64,000 nucleotides of DNA from Eledone cirrhosa (Eukaryota), in NCBI GenBank assembly GCA_964016885.1, contig OZ024743.1, forward strand, positions 196,478,001 to 196,542,000, in the 5' to 3' direction. The notes under the pieces are model-generated. The model saw nothing but the letters and a program-made list of their open reading frames with translations, was not told where the DNA came from and made no database searches. Below, piece after piece: positions 15,233 through 32,400 of this stretch. Made by a program: the position numbers and the translations under genes. Position 1 is the stretch's first letter. Each line of letters starts with the position of its first letter.

Positions 15233-15889
15233 TATATATATATGTAGAAGTTATATCTAATTTTGTTTTGGGATACAACAAGCAAATATTTTTTATAACT
15301 GATATAAAGCACTCAACAAATTATTGGAGTAAAAATTGGAGTAAAAATTGAAATATGTATAATGAAATAAATATGGTTTTATAAATATAGTTTACATTTG
15401 TTAATATATCGTACATATATATATATATATGTGAAGTAATTCCGTCGGAAAAGTCCAGGAAAAAAGTGTGTAGGTAACAGAGCTTAATAGTTATGTAATA
15501 AACAACATAAGGCAATTATTTCATTTACCAGTGGTTTCTTAAAAGCAAAAAAATTTTGCTTTGAATCATGAGAATGAAAAAATCCAGGATTGTTTACATA
15601 ACTATATATATATATATATATATTAAAAAGATGAAGCTAGCATCGAAATGCGAAACCAGAACCGATTCTATTATGCAACAGATATTCTATACAATTCACA
15701 TTTACTTCTTATAATATCTGATGAAATATCGCCTAACATGATTTATATTTAGACAAAGGACTGGTGCTAAACGACGGCTACTTTCTATGCTCGCATCTGG
15801 TCATGTCACAATTTACAGAGCAAGATAAGAAAGAAACAAAGGAAAATGTTTAGATAGTAATAATAATGGTAGTCATTTCATACATAACA

Positions 15890-15950
15890 TCATATATATA
15901 TATGTGTGTGTGTGTGTATGTGTGTGTGCTAATATATATATATGTGTGTG

Positions 15951-15988
<38 letters not shown>

Positions 15989-15996
15989 ATAGATAG

Positions 15997-16037
<41 letters not shown>

Positions 16038-16048
16038 ATAGATAGATT

Positions 16049-16127
<79 letters not shown>

Positions 16128-16128
16128 T

Positions 16129-16159
<31 letters not shown>

Positions 16160-16220
16160 GGGGGGGATATGTATATATACTTATATATATATATGTATAT
16201 ATGTATATATATATATATAT
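15890..16220. repeat. Compound (TG)n/(TA)n/(GA)n microsatellites
   Basis: Seen directly. Confidence 0.95.
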
Positions 16221-16425
16221 AGATAGATATGTTTATATAGTTATATATATTTACATATATATATATAGAGAGAGAGAGAGATAGATATGTTTATATAGTT
16301 ATATATATTTACATATATATATATATATAGAGAGAGAGATAGATATGTTTATATAGTTATATATATTTACATATATATATATAGAGAGAGAGAGAGATAG
16401 ATATGTTTATATAGTTATATATATT

Positions 16426-16457
<32 letters not shown>

Positions 16458-16533
16458 TAGATATGTTTATATAGTTATATATATTTACATATATATATAT
16501 AGAGAGAGAGAGAGATAGATATGTTTATATAGT

Positions 16534-16540
<7 letters not shown>
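16221..16540. repeat. ~60-bp minisatellite, ~5-6 copies
   Basis: Unit AGATAGATATGTTTATATAGTTATATATATTTACATATATATATAGAGAGAGAG. Confidence 0.9.
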
Positions 16541-18630
<2,090 letters not shown>

Positions 18631-19429
18631 AATCTCAGGGGCATAATGCACTTTTGAAAGAGCACTGAAATTCTGTTCAGTGTATATTTCGCGTGAAATG
18701 ACACCTGAAATGTTGTAGATTTCACGTGGCAAGTTTTGGATTCTTATTTCTAAGGCTGTCAGTAAAAGGAAATATCAACCATTTTGCAGATGTCATCGTT
18801 ACCAATGTAGTGATATTGTTTCAAATCATTGAAGTGAAGATTCAGCGCTCCCTTTAGGCATTGGATCCGAATGGCGGTGATCTTACTGTTCGCCTTGCTG
18901 TCCTAACAATGAGGTGATTAAAGAAAATGCACTGAAATGAAATGATATTTAGAATTTGAGTATTATCAAAAGCCAGTATATTCATTACTTATCATCAACA
19001 GCCGTCATTGTTCCCATTGCCAACAGCATGCATTATAAGGAAACAGATTTATTTGGTTTTAATACTACACTAATTAACTCCCTTGGTTGTTAAAAGTTGT
19101 AAGGGAAGTAACCCATACATGCTAAACAGTCAAGTTAACGAAATAGCTGCTACGTAGTCATACACCATGCTATAAATAGCAGCTAAATTTTCTTCAAATC
19201 ACAAGTTAGTGGTCTTCAAAGAGTGAGGACACATTGTATAATGTAGCCAGGGGGAATACTGAGCCCAGGGAAAATAATGGGTTGGTCACATTTAGAATGT
19301 CTTTGCTCATAGATCTGTCAATCTAGGCTGCTTTCTTTTTGATTTTCTGGCGGGTCCTTCCTCCATATCGCTGTTTATCAAGTTAAATTACATTTCTAAC
19401 GTAGATATATTGTAAGAGGAAATAGTTTA

Positions 19430-19820
19430 CCGTGTCGGCCCTCAATACTTTACTGGTATTTATTTTATCGACTACGAAACGATAAAAAAAATTAATAAAC
19501 AACCCCGGTAAGATTTGAACTCTTAACGTAAAGATACACAACTAAATATTGGTTTCTGATTTAGATACAAGGCCAGCAATATTAGGGGAGGAGAAAAACG
19601 ATTTTATCGACACCAGTGCACTACTGGTACTTTATTTTATTGACCCGGTAAGGATGAAAAGCAAAGCTAATTCGGCAGGATTTTAATTCAGATTGTAAAT
19701 GGGCCGTAACTCTATGTTATAAAACATGTTGTCCGCCGCTCTACCGATACTGCCATTCCACCACCCTGACACAGCTAAATATTACAAGGTATTTTTCCAT
19801 TTATGACAATCTACCGCCTT
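19430..19820 (-). mobile_element. Older SINE interrupted by a nested SINE
   Basis: ACTGGTATTTATTTTATCGAC…GATTTGAACTC left of the insert; remainder resumes after 19783. Confidence 0.6.
19551..19768 (-). mobile_element. tRNA-derived SINE with 15-bp target site duplication
   Basis: Same family as 13044-13230; flanked by ACACAACTAAATATT (19536-19550) and ACACAGCTAAATATT (19769-19783). Confidence 0.85.
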
Positions 19821-19869
19821 CTTGTCAAATTAAATTACTTTTTATACAAATTCAATGCATGTTAAAAGA

Positions 19870-19978
19870 TGGTAGCCGATAGTAGCCGATTTGGCAGTGT
19901 CTCTGCGTTCTGACTTCAAATTCCGCCGAGGCCCACTTTTCTTTTCAACCTTTTGTGGTCGATAAATAATGTACCAAC
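19870..19978 (+). mobile_element. Degenerate SINE fragment
   Basis: TTCTGACTTCAAATTCCGCCGAGG…CTTTTGTGGTCGATAAATAATGTACCA. Confidence 0.6.
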
Positions 19979-20435
19979 TCAGTGAAGGAGCAGCCCTCTT
20001 TTCTTCCTGTTGTCACATCCTAGATGTTCCGCCGGGACAAGGGAAGAGGGGTTGATGGAACAGTGTGTCTGCTCGCAACCGCATGGGCTCCTAAAATCCT
20101 TAACGAAAGTATGGGTCATAATACCATGCTATACTCGATTGCGAGTGTCGGCTATAGTTGCTGTCGGATTTAGGACAAATGAGGCTCTGTGCTGGTTAAG
20201 TTATGAGGCCCCTTACTTGGGCACTAAAGGAGGTAGGCCTGGTAAAAAAAATTGTGGGGGCCGAAAGATGGGGCCCCCTGGCCAAGGGGCCTGTGCCTAA
20301 AATAAGCACAACAGTAAATCTGGCATTGGCTATAGTAGTAGAAGAGTTGAATATGGAATTGTATATGCTTTACAAACTGCGTGATTTAAAGTAATTTTAG
20401 TTACTATTTCTAGCAGATTACGCAACTATATAGAG

Positions 20436-20809
20436 CAGTGTTTCTCAAGGTCGGGCATGGCAATATTTTAGTGAGGCCTAGGATTTGAGAATGGGGTACA
20501 TCATCATCATTTAATGTTTGTTTTCCCTGCTAGCAAGGGTTGGATGGGTCACCACAGGCCAGGTTAGCATTTACTAGGAGCTATTGACCTATCCTATGGA
20601 CCCAGTGCTCACATCTTATTTACATACTTCCTCCACATTCTACCAATTGCACAGTGTAGGTACATTTTGTCATGGTGGGGCACATATTTTGAGAATTCAA
20701 AGCAGCATGTGGTACTTCAAAATGGGACCGTCCATGCCTTATTATATATTCTGCTATATACTAATTTTGACAAAGTAGGACATAGGCTCAAAAAGGTTGG
20801 GAGACACTG
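20436..20809. mobile_element. Possible hAT/Charlie-type MITE remnant
   Basis: Termini CAGTGTTTCTCAA … TTGGGAGACACTG resemble Charlie TIRs; 8-bp TSD not conserved. Confidence 0.4.
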
Positions 20810-21005
20810 GTGTGAAAGCTTTTTTGCTGGCTTATCTCATCAGATGCTCATAGTGATGAAAAATACAGTGATCCACTTGATATTTCGCCCTCCAAGCTCA
20901 ATAAAATACATACTAATAATTCAAATTTACTATAGAACTACATATAGTCATAAGCATATAATAGAAATAGTAGCCAAATCTTCCTCGAATTTCCCCACTT
21001 TTCAA

Positions 21006-21027
21006 TTCTTTTTTTTTTCTTTTTTTT

Positions 21028-21058
<31 letters not shown>

Positions 21059-21116
21059 CTTCTTTTTTTTTCTTTTTTTTTTTCCTTTTTTTTTCTTTTT
21101 TTTCTTTTTTTTTTTA
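21006..21116. repeat. Poly(T) tract interrupted by C
   Basis: (T8-10C)n seen directly. Confidence 0.95.
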
Positions 21117-21991
21117 ATGTGTTGGTAGGGAGCATTAAATACTATGATACTAGACACTGTGTCTGAAAATTACAAAATAAAAGATAACAAAGTGTTGTAG
21201 TTTGCTTGAATCATTTTGGAATAAGAAATACCAATTTAAATAAGTTTAAATATGATATTTGGAAGGCTGACAATGCTTGCGAGATTAAAAGTGCTAAGGT
21301 AATAGGAATTATAGAAAACAGAATAAAATGACTAAGAAAAGAGTGAGAACGGTAGAATTTTAAATATTTTCAGATTTACCATCCATTATCAAGAGAATCC
21401 GTGTGTAGGGGCTTAGAGAGCAAACCGAGAAGAGTTATTGATGGCTGGTAGATAAATAAAAGATGGTATGGCCATGGTTGGAATGTTATTTAAATATAAG
21501 TTTACTTGGACAAAATTGATCCAGGGTAAACAACAACTATTACTACAGATTGACAAGTAAATAGTTATTGGGTGTACCCTTGACCAATACATTTAACTTC
21601 TGCTAGCTTAATCCACCCAATGATTTCATTTAACATCTTGCTAGAATCAATGAGATAACTGTATAATTACCAATTATCATTATCATCATCATCCTCATCA
21701 TTTATGTCCACCTTCTGTGCTAGTATGTGACAAGTCACTTTTTATTTGGAGTTACTGCAATATACTAATTTTGTCTCATGGTGGGTTGTGCATTTTAGGG
21801 GTAAATCAAAGTAGGGGTTGGTCCAAAAATATTAGGAGACACAGGTGTAAAAGCTCTCTTGCTGGCTCATCTCATCTTCACTGCTGGAAGTTACTGTTAT
21901 CCTAGATGGATTTGAAGACCACATCTCACTCCTATGTTCCATTTTTGACAGGCTTTCTACATTTGGATGCCCTTTCTAACAGCAGCTGCAT

Positions 21992-22410
21992 TACAGAGTG
22001 TACTAGGTGAATTTACTCATAGTACTAGTACTAGAGGTTGTCATGTCTTTAAGCAGGACTAAATGAGTCCTCTGGACCCTAAGTTGTCCTAATTCAACTA
22101 CCAGCCCCTTTACAGAGTGTACTGGGTGCATTTTATCATAGCAACAATATTAAAAGCCATCATATCCTGAGCAGACTAAAGGAGTCCTCTCCAATTTAAA
22201 TTGTCCCTGTTCGATTACCAGCCCCTGTACAGAGTGTACTGGGTTAATTTTATCATAGCATCAGTACTAGAAGTTGTCATGTCCTTGTCATGACTTAAGA
22301 GGTTATCATAACCTTGAATTGTCCTTGGTAAATTTCCAGCCCGTTTAAAGAGTGTACTGGGTGCATTTTTATCATGGCACCATCACTAGTGAGGTTTTCT
22401 TGTATCAAAC
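21992..22410. repeat. Diverged ~118-bp tandem repeat, ~3.5 copies
   Basis: TACAGAGTGTACT(G/A)GGT recurs at 21992, 22111, 22228 and 22346. Confidence 0.85.
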
Positions 22411-23376
22411 AAAACTAATTCATCTAATTTATTATAGATATATCTCAAACATCAATTAAGTAAGTAGTATTAATTATTGTGTTATTTTTTAAACTTAAAT
22501 TTAATTTCATAGAAAATTTTGATTTAATTATAATAAAAATTAATTTCATAACTTAAAGTTATGAAATTTTGAAAAACAAAGTCAACAGGAAATTAAAAGT
22601 AATTATGAAGAAATCTGTGATAAATTACTTATTGAAATGAAAATACACTGAATTTGTGTGATTAGGAAAGAAGATACAGAATAGATACATACATGGAGAG
22701 AAGATAGAGAATAGGTATATAGAGAGAGATGGTAGAGAATAGACATATATAGAGAGAGATGGTAGAGAATAGACACATATATATATAGAGAGAGATGGTA
22801 GAGAATAGACATATATATATAGAGACAGAGATGGTAGAGAATAGATATATATATAGAGAGAGATGGTAGAGAATAGACATATATATAGAGAGAGAGATGG
22901 TAGACAATAGATATATATATAGAGAGAGAGATGGTATAGAATAGGGATATATATATAGAGAGAGAGATGGTAGACAATAGATATATATATAGAGAGAGAG
23001 AGATGGTAGAGAATAGATATATATATAGAGAGAGAGATGGTAGACAATAGATATATATATATAGAGAGAGATGGTAGAGAATAGACATATATAGAGAGAG
23101 AGATGGTAGAGAATAGATATATATAGAGAGAGGTGGTAGAGAATAGATATATATATAGAGAGAGAGATGGTAGACAATAGATATATATATAGAGAGAGAG
23201 ATGGTAGAGAATAGATATATATATATATAGAGAGAGATGGTAGAGAATAGGTATATATAGAGAGAGATGGTAGAGAATAGACATATATATAGAGAGATGG
23301 TAGAGAATAGACATATATAGAGAGAGAGATGGTAGAGAATAGGTATATATAGAGAGAGAGATGGTAGAGAATAGAC

Positions 23377-23407
<31 letters not shown>

Positions 23408-26400
23408 TGGTAGAGAATAGATATATATATATAGAGAGAGAGAGATGGTAGAGAATCGATATATATAGAGAGAGAGATGGTAGAGAATAGACATATATAG
23501 AGAGAGATGGTAGAGAATAGACATATATATAGAGAGAGATGGTAGAGAATAGATATATATAGAGAGAGAGATGGTAGAGAATAGATATATATATATAGAG
23601 AGAGATGGTAGAGAATAGATATATATATAGAGAGAGATGGTAGAGAATAGATATATATATAGATAGAGATGGTAGAGAATAAATATATATAGAGAGAGAG
23701 ATGGTAGAGAATAGATATATATATAGAGAGAGAGATGGTAGAGAATAGATATATATATAGAGAGAGATGGTAGAGAATAGATATATATATAGAGAGAGAT
23801 GGTAGAGAATAGACATATATATAGAGAGAGAGATAGTAGAGAATAGATATATATAGAGAGAGAGATGGTAGAGAATAGACATATATAGAGAGATAGATGG
23901 TAGAGAATAGATATATATATAGAGAGAGATGGTAGAGAATAGATATATATAGAGAGAGAGAGAGATGGTAGAGAATAGATATATATAGAGAGAGATGGTA
24001 GTGAATAGATATATATATAGAGAGAGAGATGGTTGAGAATAGACATATATATAGAGAGATGGTAGAGAATAGACATATATATAGAGAGAGAGATGGTAGA
24101 GAATAGATATATATAGATAGAGATGGTAGAGAATAGACATATAGAGAGAGAGAGATGGTAGAGAATAGATATATATAGAGAGAGATGGTAGAGAATAGAT
24201 ATATATAGAGAGAGATGGTAGAGAATAGGTATATATAGAGATGGTAGAGAATAGGTATATATATAGAGAGAGATGGTAGAGAATAGACATATATAGAGAG
24301 AGATGGTAGAGAATAGACATATATATAGAGAGAGATGGTAGAGAATAGATATATATAGAGAGAGAGATGGTAGAGAATAGATATATAGAGAGAGAGATGG
24401 TAGAGAATAGGTATATATAGAGATGGTAGAGAATAGATATATATATATAGAGAGAGATGGTAGAGAATAGATATATATAGAGAGAGAAAGATGGTAGAGA
24501 ATAGATATGTATAGAGAGAGATGATAGAGAATAGATATATATATAGAGAGAAATGGTAGAGAATAGACATATATATAAAGAGAAGGTAGAGAATAGACAT
24601 ATATATATAGAGAGAGAGATGGTAGAGAATAGATATATATATAGAGAGAAAGATGGTAGAGAATAGATATATATAGAGAGAGGTGATAGAGAATAGACAT
24701 ATATAGAGAGAGATGGTAGAGAATAGACATATATATAAAGAGATGGTAGAGAATAGACATATATATAGAGAGAGATGGTAGAGAATAGATATATATATAG
24801 AGAGAGACGGTAGAGAATAGATATATATATAGAGAGAGACGGTAGAGAATAGATAGAGAGAGATGGTAGGGAATAGATATATATAGAGAGAGAAAGATGG
24901 TAGAGAATAGACATATATATAGAGAGAGATGGTAGAGAATAGATATAGAGAGAGATGGTAGAGAATAGACATATATAGAGAGAGAGATGGTAGAGAATAG
25001 ATATATATATATAGAGGGAGAGATGGTAGACAATAGACATATATAGAGACAGATGGTAGAGAATAGACATATAGAGAGAGAGAGATGGTAGAGAATAGAC
25101 ATATATATAGAGAGATGGTAGACAAGAGACATATATATAGAGAGAGATGGTAGAGAAGAGACATATATAGAGAGAGAGATGGTAGAGAATAGATATATAT
25201 ATAGAGGGAGAGATGGTAGAGAATAGATATATATAGAGAGAGATGGTAGAGAATAGACATATAGAGAGAGATGGTAGAGAATAGATATATATAGAGAGAG
25301 ATGGTAGAGAATAGATATATATATATAGAGAGATGGTAGAGAATAGATATATATATAGAGAGAGATGGCAGAGAATAGATATATATATAGAGAGAGATGG
25401 TAGAGAATAGATATATATATAGAGAGAAAGATGGTAGAGAATAGATATATATAGAGAGAGATGATAGAGAATAGATATATATAGAGAGAAATGGTAGAGA
25501 ATAGACATATATATAAAGAGATGGTAGAGAATAGACATATATATATAGAGAGAGAGATGGTAGAGAATAGATATATATATAGAGAGAAAGATGGTAGAGA
25601 ATAGATATATATAGAGAGAGATGATAGAGAATAGACATATATAGAGAGAGATGGTAGAGAATACACATATATATAAAGAAATGGTAGAGAATAGACATAT
25701 ATATAGAGAGATGGTAGAGAATAGATATATATATAGAGAGAGATGGTAGAGAATAGATATATATATAGAGAGAAAGATGGTAGAGAATAGACATATATAT
25801 GGAGAGAGATGGTAGAGAATAGACATATATTGAGAGAGAGATGGTAGAGAATAGATATATATAGAGAGAGAGATGGTAGAGAATAGACATTTATAGAGAG
25901 AGATGGTAGAGAATAGATATATATATATAGAGAGAGATGGTAGAGAATAGATATATATAGAGAGAGAGAGATGGTAGACAATAGATATATATAGAGAGAG
26001 AGAGATGGTAGAGAATAGATATATATATAGAGAGAGAGATGGTAGAGAATAGATATATATATATAGAGAGAGAGAGATGGTAGACAATAGATATATATAT
26101 AGAGAGAGAGATGGTAGAGAATAGATATAGATATAGAGAAAGAGAGATGGTAGACAATAGATATATATATAGAGAGAGAGATGGTAGAGAATAGATATAT
26201 AAAGAGAGAGAGAGATGGTAGAGAATAGGTATATATAGAGAGAGATGGTAGAGAATAGACATATATATAGAGAGATGGTAGAGAATAGACATATATATAG
26301 AGAGATGGTAGGGAATAGGTATATATAGGGAGAGAGATGGTAGAGAATAGATATATATATATAGAGAGAGAGATGGTAGAGAATAGATTTATATATAGAG

Positions 26401-29400
26401 AGAGATGGTAGAGAATAGATTTATATATAGAGAGAGAGATGGTAGAGAATAGACATATATAGAGAGAGATGGTAGAGAATAGACATATATAGAGAGAGAT
26501 GGTAGAGAATAGATATATATAGAGAGATGGTAGAGAATAGACATATATATAGAGAGAGATGGTAGAGAATAGATATAGATATATAGAGAGATGGTAGAGA
26601 ATAGACATATATATAGAGAGAGATGGTAGAGAATAGATATATATATAGAGAGAGAGATGGTAGAGAATAGACATATATATAGAGAGAGATGGTAGAGAAT
26701 AGATATATATATAGAGAGAGATGGTAGAGAATAGATATATATATAGATAGAGAGAGATGGTAGAGAATAGATATATATAGAGAGAGATGGTAGAGAATAG
26801 ACATATAGAGAGAGAGAGATGGTAGAGAATAGATATATATAGAGAGAGATGGTAGAGAATAGATATATATAGAGATGGTAGAGAATAGGTATATATATAG
26901 AGAGAGATGGTAGAGAATATACATATATAGAGAGAGATGGTAGAGAATAGACATATATAGAGAGAGAGATGGTAGAGAATATATATATATATAGAGAGAG
27001 ATGGTAGAGAATAGATATATATATATAGAGAGAGAGATGGTAGAGAATAGTTATATATAGAGAGAGATAGTAGAGAATAGACATATCTAGGGAGAGATGG
27101 TAGAGAATAGACATATCTAGAGAGAGATGGTAGAGAATAGATATATATAGAGAGAGAGATGGTAGAGAATAGATATATATAGAGAGAGAAAAATGGTAGA
27201 GAATAGACATATATATATATAGAGAGAGATGGTAGAGAATAGATATATAAAGAGAGAGAGAGATGGTAGAGAATAGGTATATAGAGAGAGAGATGGTCGA
27301 GAATAGACATATATATAGAGAGATGGTAGAGAATAGACATATATAGAGAGAGATGGTAGGGAATAGGTATATATAGGGAGAAAGATGGTAGAGAATAGAT
27401 ATATATATATAGAGAGAGAGATGGTAGAGAATAGATTTATATATAGAGAGAGAGAGATGGTAGAGAATAGATTTATATATAGAGAGAGAGATGGTAGAGA
27501 ATAGACATATATATAGAGAGATGGTAGAGAATAGATATATATAGAGAGATGGTAGAGAATAGACATATATATAGAGAGAGATGGTAGAGAATAGATATAG
27601 ATATATAGAGAGATGGTAGAGAATAGACATATATATAGAGAGAGATGGTAGAGAATAGATATATATAGAGAGAGAGAGATGGTAGAGAATAGACATATAT
27701 ATATAGAGAGATGGTAGAGAATAGATATATATATAGAGAGAGATGGTAGAGAATAGATATATATAGATAGAGAGAGATGGTAGAGAATAGATATATATAG
27801 AGAGAGATGGTAGAGAATAGACATATAGAGAGAGAGAGATGGTAGAGAATAGATATATATAGAGAGACAGATGGTAGAGAATAGACGTATATAGAGAGAG
27901 ATGGTAGAGAATAGATATATATAGAGAGAGATGGTAGAGAATAGATATATATAGAGATGGTAGAGAATAGGTATATATATAGAGAGAGATGGTAGAGAAT
28001 ATACATATATAGAGAGAGATGGTAGAGAATAGACATATATATAGAGAGAGATGGTAGAGAATAGATATATATAGAGAGAGAGATGGTAGAGAATAGATAT
28101 ATATATATAGAGAGAGAGATGGTAGAGAATAGTTATATATAGAGAGAGATAGTAGAGAATAGACATATCTAGGGAGAGATGGTAGAGAATAGACATATCT
28201 AGAGAGAGATGGTAGAGAATAGACATATCTAGAGAGAGATGGTAGAGAATAGATATATATATAGAGAGAGATGGTAGAGAATAGATATATATATAGAGAG
28301 AAAAATGGTAGAGAATAGACATATATATATATAGAGAGAGATGGTAGAGAATAGACATATATAGAGAGAGATGGTAGAGAATAGATATATATAGAGAGAG
28401 ATGGTATAGAATAGATATATATAGAGATGGTAGAGAATAGGTATATATATAGAGAGAGATGGTAGAGAATAGACATATATATAGAGAGAGATGGTTGAGA
28501 ATAGATATATATAGAGAGAGATGGTAGAGAATAGACATATATATAGAGAGAGAGGGTAGATAATAGATATATAGAGAGAGAGATGGTAGAGAATAGATAT
28601 ATATATAGAGAGAGATGGTTGAGAATAGATATATATAGAGAGAGATGGTAGAGAATAGACATATATAGAGAGAGATGGTAGAGAATAGATATATATATAG
28701 AGAGAGAGATGGTAGAGAATACACATATATAGAGAGAGAGATGGTAGAGAATAGATATATAGAGAGAGAGATGGTAGAGAATAGATATATATAGAGAGAG
28801 AGATGGTAGAGAATAGACATAAATATATATAGAGAGGGATGGTAGAGAATAAACATATATAGAGAGAGAGAGATGGTAGAGAATAGATATATATATATAG
28901 AGAGAGATGGTAGAGAATAGATATATATAGAGAGAGATGGTAGAGAATAGACATATATATATATAGAGAGAGATGGTAGAGAATAGACATATATGTAGAG
29001 AGAGAGAAATGGTAGAGAATAGATATATATAGAGAGAGAGAGATGGTAGAGAATAGATATATATATAGAGAGAGAGAGATGGTAGAGAATAGATATACGT
29101 AGAGAGAGAGAGATGGTAGAGAATAGACATATATATAGAGAGATGGTAGAGAATAGACATATATAAAGAGAGATGGTAGAGAATAGACATATATAGAGAG
29201 ATAGAGAGATGGTAGAGAATAGACATATATAGAGAGAGATGGTAGAGAATAGATATATATAGAGAGAGAGATGGTAGAGAATAGATATATATATAGAGAG
29301 AGATGGTAGAGAATAGACATATATAGAGAGAGAGATGGTTGAGAATAGATATATATACAGAGAGAGATGGTAGAGAATAGACATATATAGAGAGAGATGG

Positions 29401-32400
29401 TAGAGAATAGACATATATATATAGAGAGAGAGATGGTAGAGAATAGATATATATATAGAGGGAGAGATGGTAGAGAATAGACATATATATAGAGAAAGAT
29501 GGTAGAGAAGAGACATATATATAGAGAGAGAGATGGTAGAGAATAGACATATATAGAGAGAGAGATGGTAGAGAATAGACATATATATATAGAGAGAGAG
29601 ATGGTAGAGAATAGACATATATATATAGAGAGAGAGATGGTACAGGATAGACATATATATATAGAGAGAGAGAGATGGTAGAGAAGAGACATATATAGAG
29701 AGAGAGATGGTAGAGAATAGACATATATATAGAGAGAGATGGTAGAGAATAGACATATATATAGAGAGAGATGGTAGAGAATAGATATATATAGAGAGAT
29801 GGTAGAGAATAGACATATATAGAGTGAGAGATGGTTGAGAATAGATATATATAGAGAGATGGTAGAGAATAGACATATATATATAGAGAGAGAGATGGTA
29901 GAGAATAGACATATATAGAGAGAGATGGTAGAGAATAGACATATATAGAGAGAGATGGTAGAGAATAGATATATATAGAGAGAGAGAGACGGTAGAAAAT
30001 AGATATTTATAGAGAGAGAGAGACGGTAGAGAATAGACATATATATAGAGAGAGATGGTAGAGAATAGACATATATTGAGAGAGAGATGGTAGAGAATAG
30101 ATATATATAGAGAGAGAGATGGTAGAGAATAGATATTTATAGAGAGAGATGGTAGAGAATAGATATATATATAGAGAGAGAGATGGTAGAGAATAGATAT
30201 ATATAGAGAGAGAGAGATGGTAGACAATAGATATATATATAGAGAGAGAGATGGTAGATAATAGATATATATATAGAGAGAGAGATGGTAGACAATAGAT
30301 ATATATATAGAGAGAGAGATGGTAGAGAATAGATATAGATATAGAGAGAGAGAGATGGTAGACAATAGATATATATATAGAGAGAGAGATGGTAGAGAAT
30401 AGATATATAAAGAGAGAGAGAGATGGTAGAGAATAGGTATATATAGAGAGAGATGGTAGAGAATAGACATATATATAGAGAGATGGTAGAGAATAGGTAT
30501 ATATAGGGAGAGAGATGGTAGAGAATAGATATATATATAGAGAGAGAGAGATGGTAGAGAATAGATTTATATATAGAGAGAGAGATGGTAGAGAATAGAC
30601 ATATATAGAGAGAGATGGTAGAGAATAGACATATATATAGAGAGATGGTAGAGAATAGACATATATATAGAGAGAGATGGTAGAGAATAGATATAGATAT
30701 ATAGAGAGATGGTAGAGAATAGATATATATAGATAGAGAGAGATGGTAGAGAATAAACATATATATAGAGAGATGGTAGAGAATAGATATATATAGAGGG
30801 AGATGGTAGAGAATAGACATATCGAGAGAGAGAGATGGTAGAGAATAGATATATATAGAGAGACAGATGGTAGAGAATAGACATATATAGAGAGAGAGAT
30901 GGTAGAGAATAGATATATATAGAGAGAGATGGTAGAGAATAGATATATATAGAGATGGTAGAGAATAGGTATATATATAGAGAGAGATGGTAGATAATAT
31001 ACATATATAGAGAGAGATGTTAGAGAATAGACATATATATAGAGAGAGATGGTAGAGAATAGATATATATAGAGAGAAAGATGGTAGAGAATAGATATAT
31101 ATATATATAGAGAGAGAGAGATGGTAGAGAATAGTTATATATAGAGAGAGATGGTAGAGAATAGACATATCTAGAGAGAGATGGTAGAGAATAGACATAT
31201 CTAGAGAGAGATGGTAGAGAATAGACATATCTAGAGAGAGATGGTAGAGAATAGATATATATATAGAGAGAGAGATGGTAGAGAATAGATATATATAGAG
31301 AGAGAAAAATGGTAGAGAATAGACATATATATATATAGAGAGAGATGGTAGAGAATAGACATATATAGAGAGAGATGGTAGAGAATAAATATATATAGAG
31401 AGAGATGGTAGAGAATAGATATATATAGAGATGGTAAAGAATAGGTATATATATAGAGAGAGATGGTAGAGAATAGACATATATATAGAGAGAGATGGTT
31501 GAGAATAGATATATATAGAGAGAGATGGTAGAGAATAGACATATATAGAGAGAGAGATGGTAGAGAATAGATATATATAGAGAGAGATGGTAGAGAATAG
31601 ATATATATATAGAGAGAGATGGTTGAGAATAGATATATATAGAGAGAGATGGTAGAGAATAGACATATATAGAGAGAGATGGTAGAGAATAGATATATAT
31701 ATAGAGAGATAGATGGTAGAGAATAGACATATATAGGGAGAGAGATGGTAGAGAATAGATATATATAGAGAGAGAGATGGTAGAGAATAGACATAAATAT
31801 ATATAGAGAGGGATGGTAGAGAATAAACATATATAGAGAGAGAGAGATGGTAGAGAATAGATATATATATAGAGAGAGAGATGGTAGACAATAGATATAT
31901 ATAGAGAGAGAGATGGTAGAGAATACATATATATATATATAGAGAGAGAGATGGTAGAGAATAGACATATATGTAGAGAGAGAGAGATGGTAGAGAATAG
32001 ATATATATATAGAGAGAGAGATGGTAGAGAATAGATATATATATAGAGAGAGAGATGGTAGATAATAGATATATATAGAGAGAGATGGTAGAGAATAGAC
32101 ATATATATATATAGAGAGAGATGGTAGAGAATAGACATATATGTAGAGAGAGAGAAATGGTAGAGAATAGATATATATAGAGAGAGAGAGATGGTAGAGA
32201 ATAGATATATATATAGAGAGAGAGAGATGGTAGAGAATAGATATACGTAGAGAGAGAGAGAGATGGTAGAGAATAGACATATATATAGAGAGATGGTAGA
32301 GAATAGACATATATAAAGAGAGATGGTAGAGAATAGACATATATAGAGAGATAGAGAGATGGTAGAGAATAGACATATATAGAGAGAGATGGTAGAGAAT

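Noticed and set aside
15625-15760. CTGATGA at 15718 and GCGAAAC at 15649 as another hammerhead
   Set aside because: The motifs are in the wrong order and no stems complete the fold.
20667-21135. Poly-Phe and poly-Lys ORFs
   Set aside because: Translations of the poly(T) tract.
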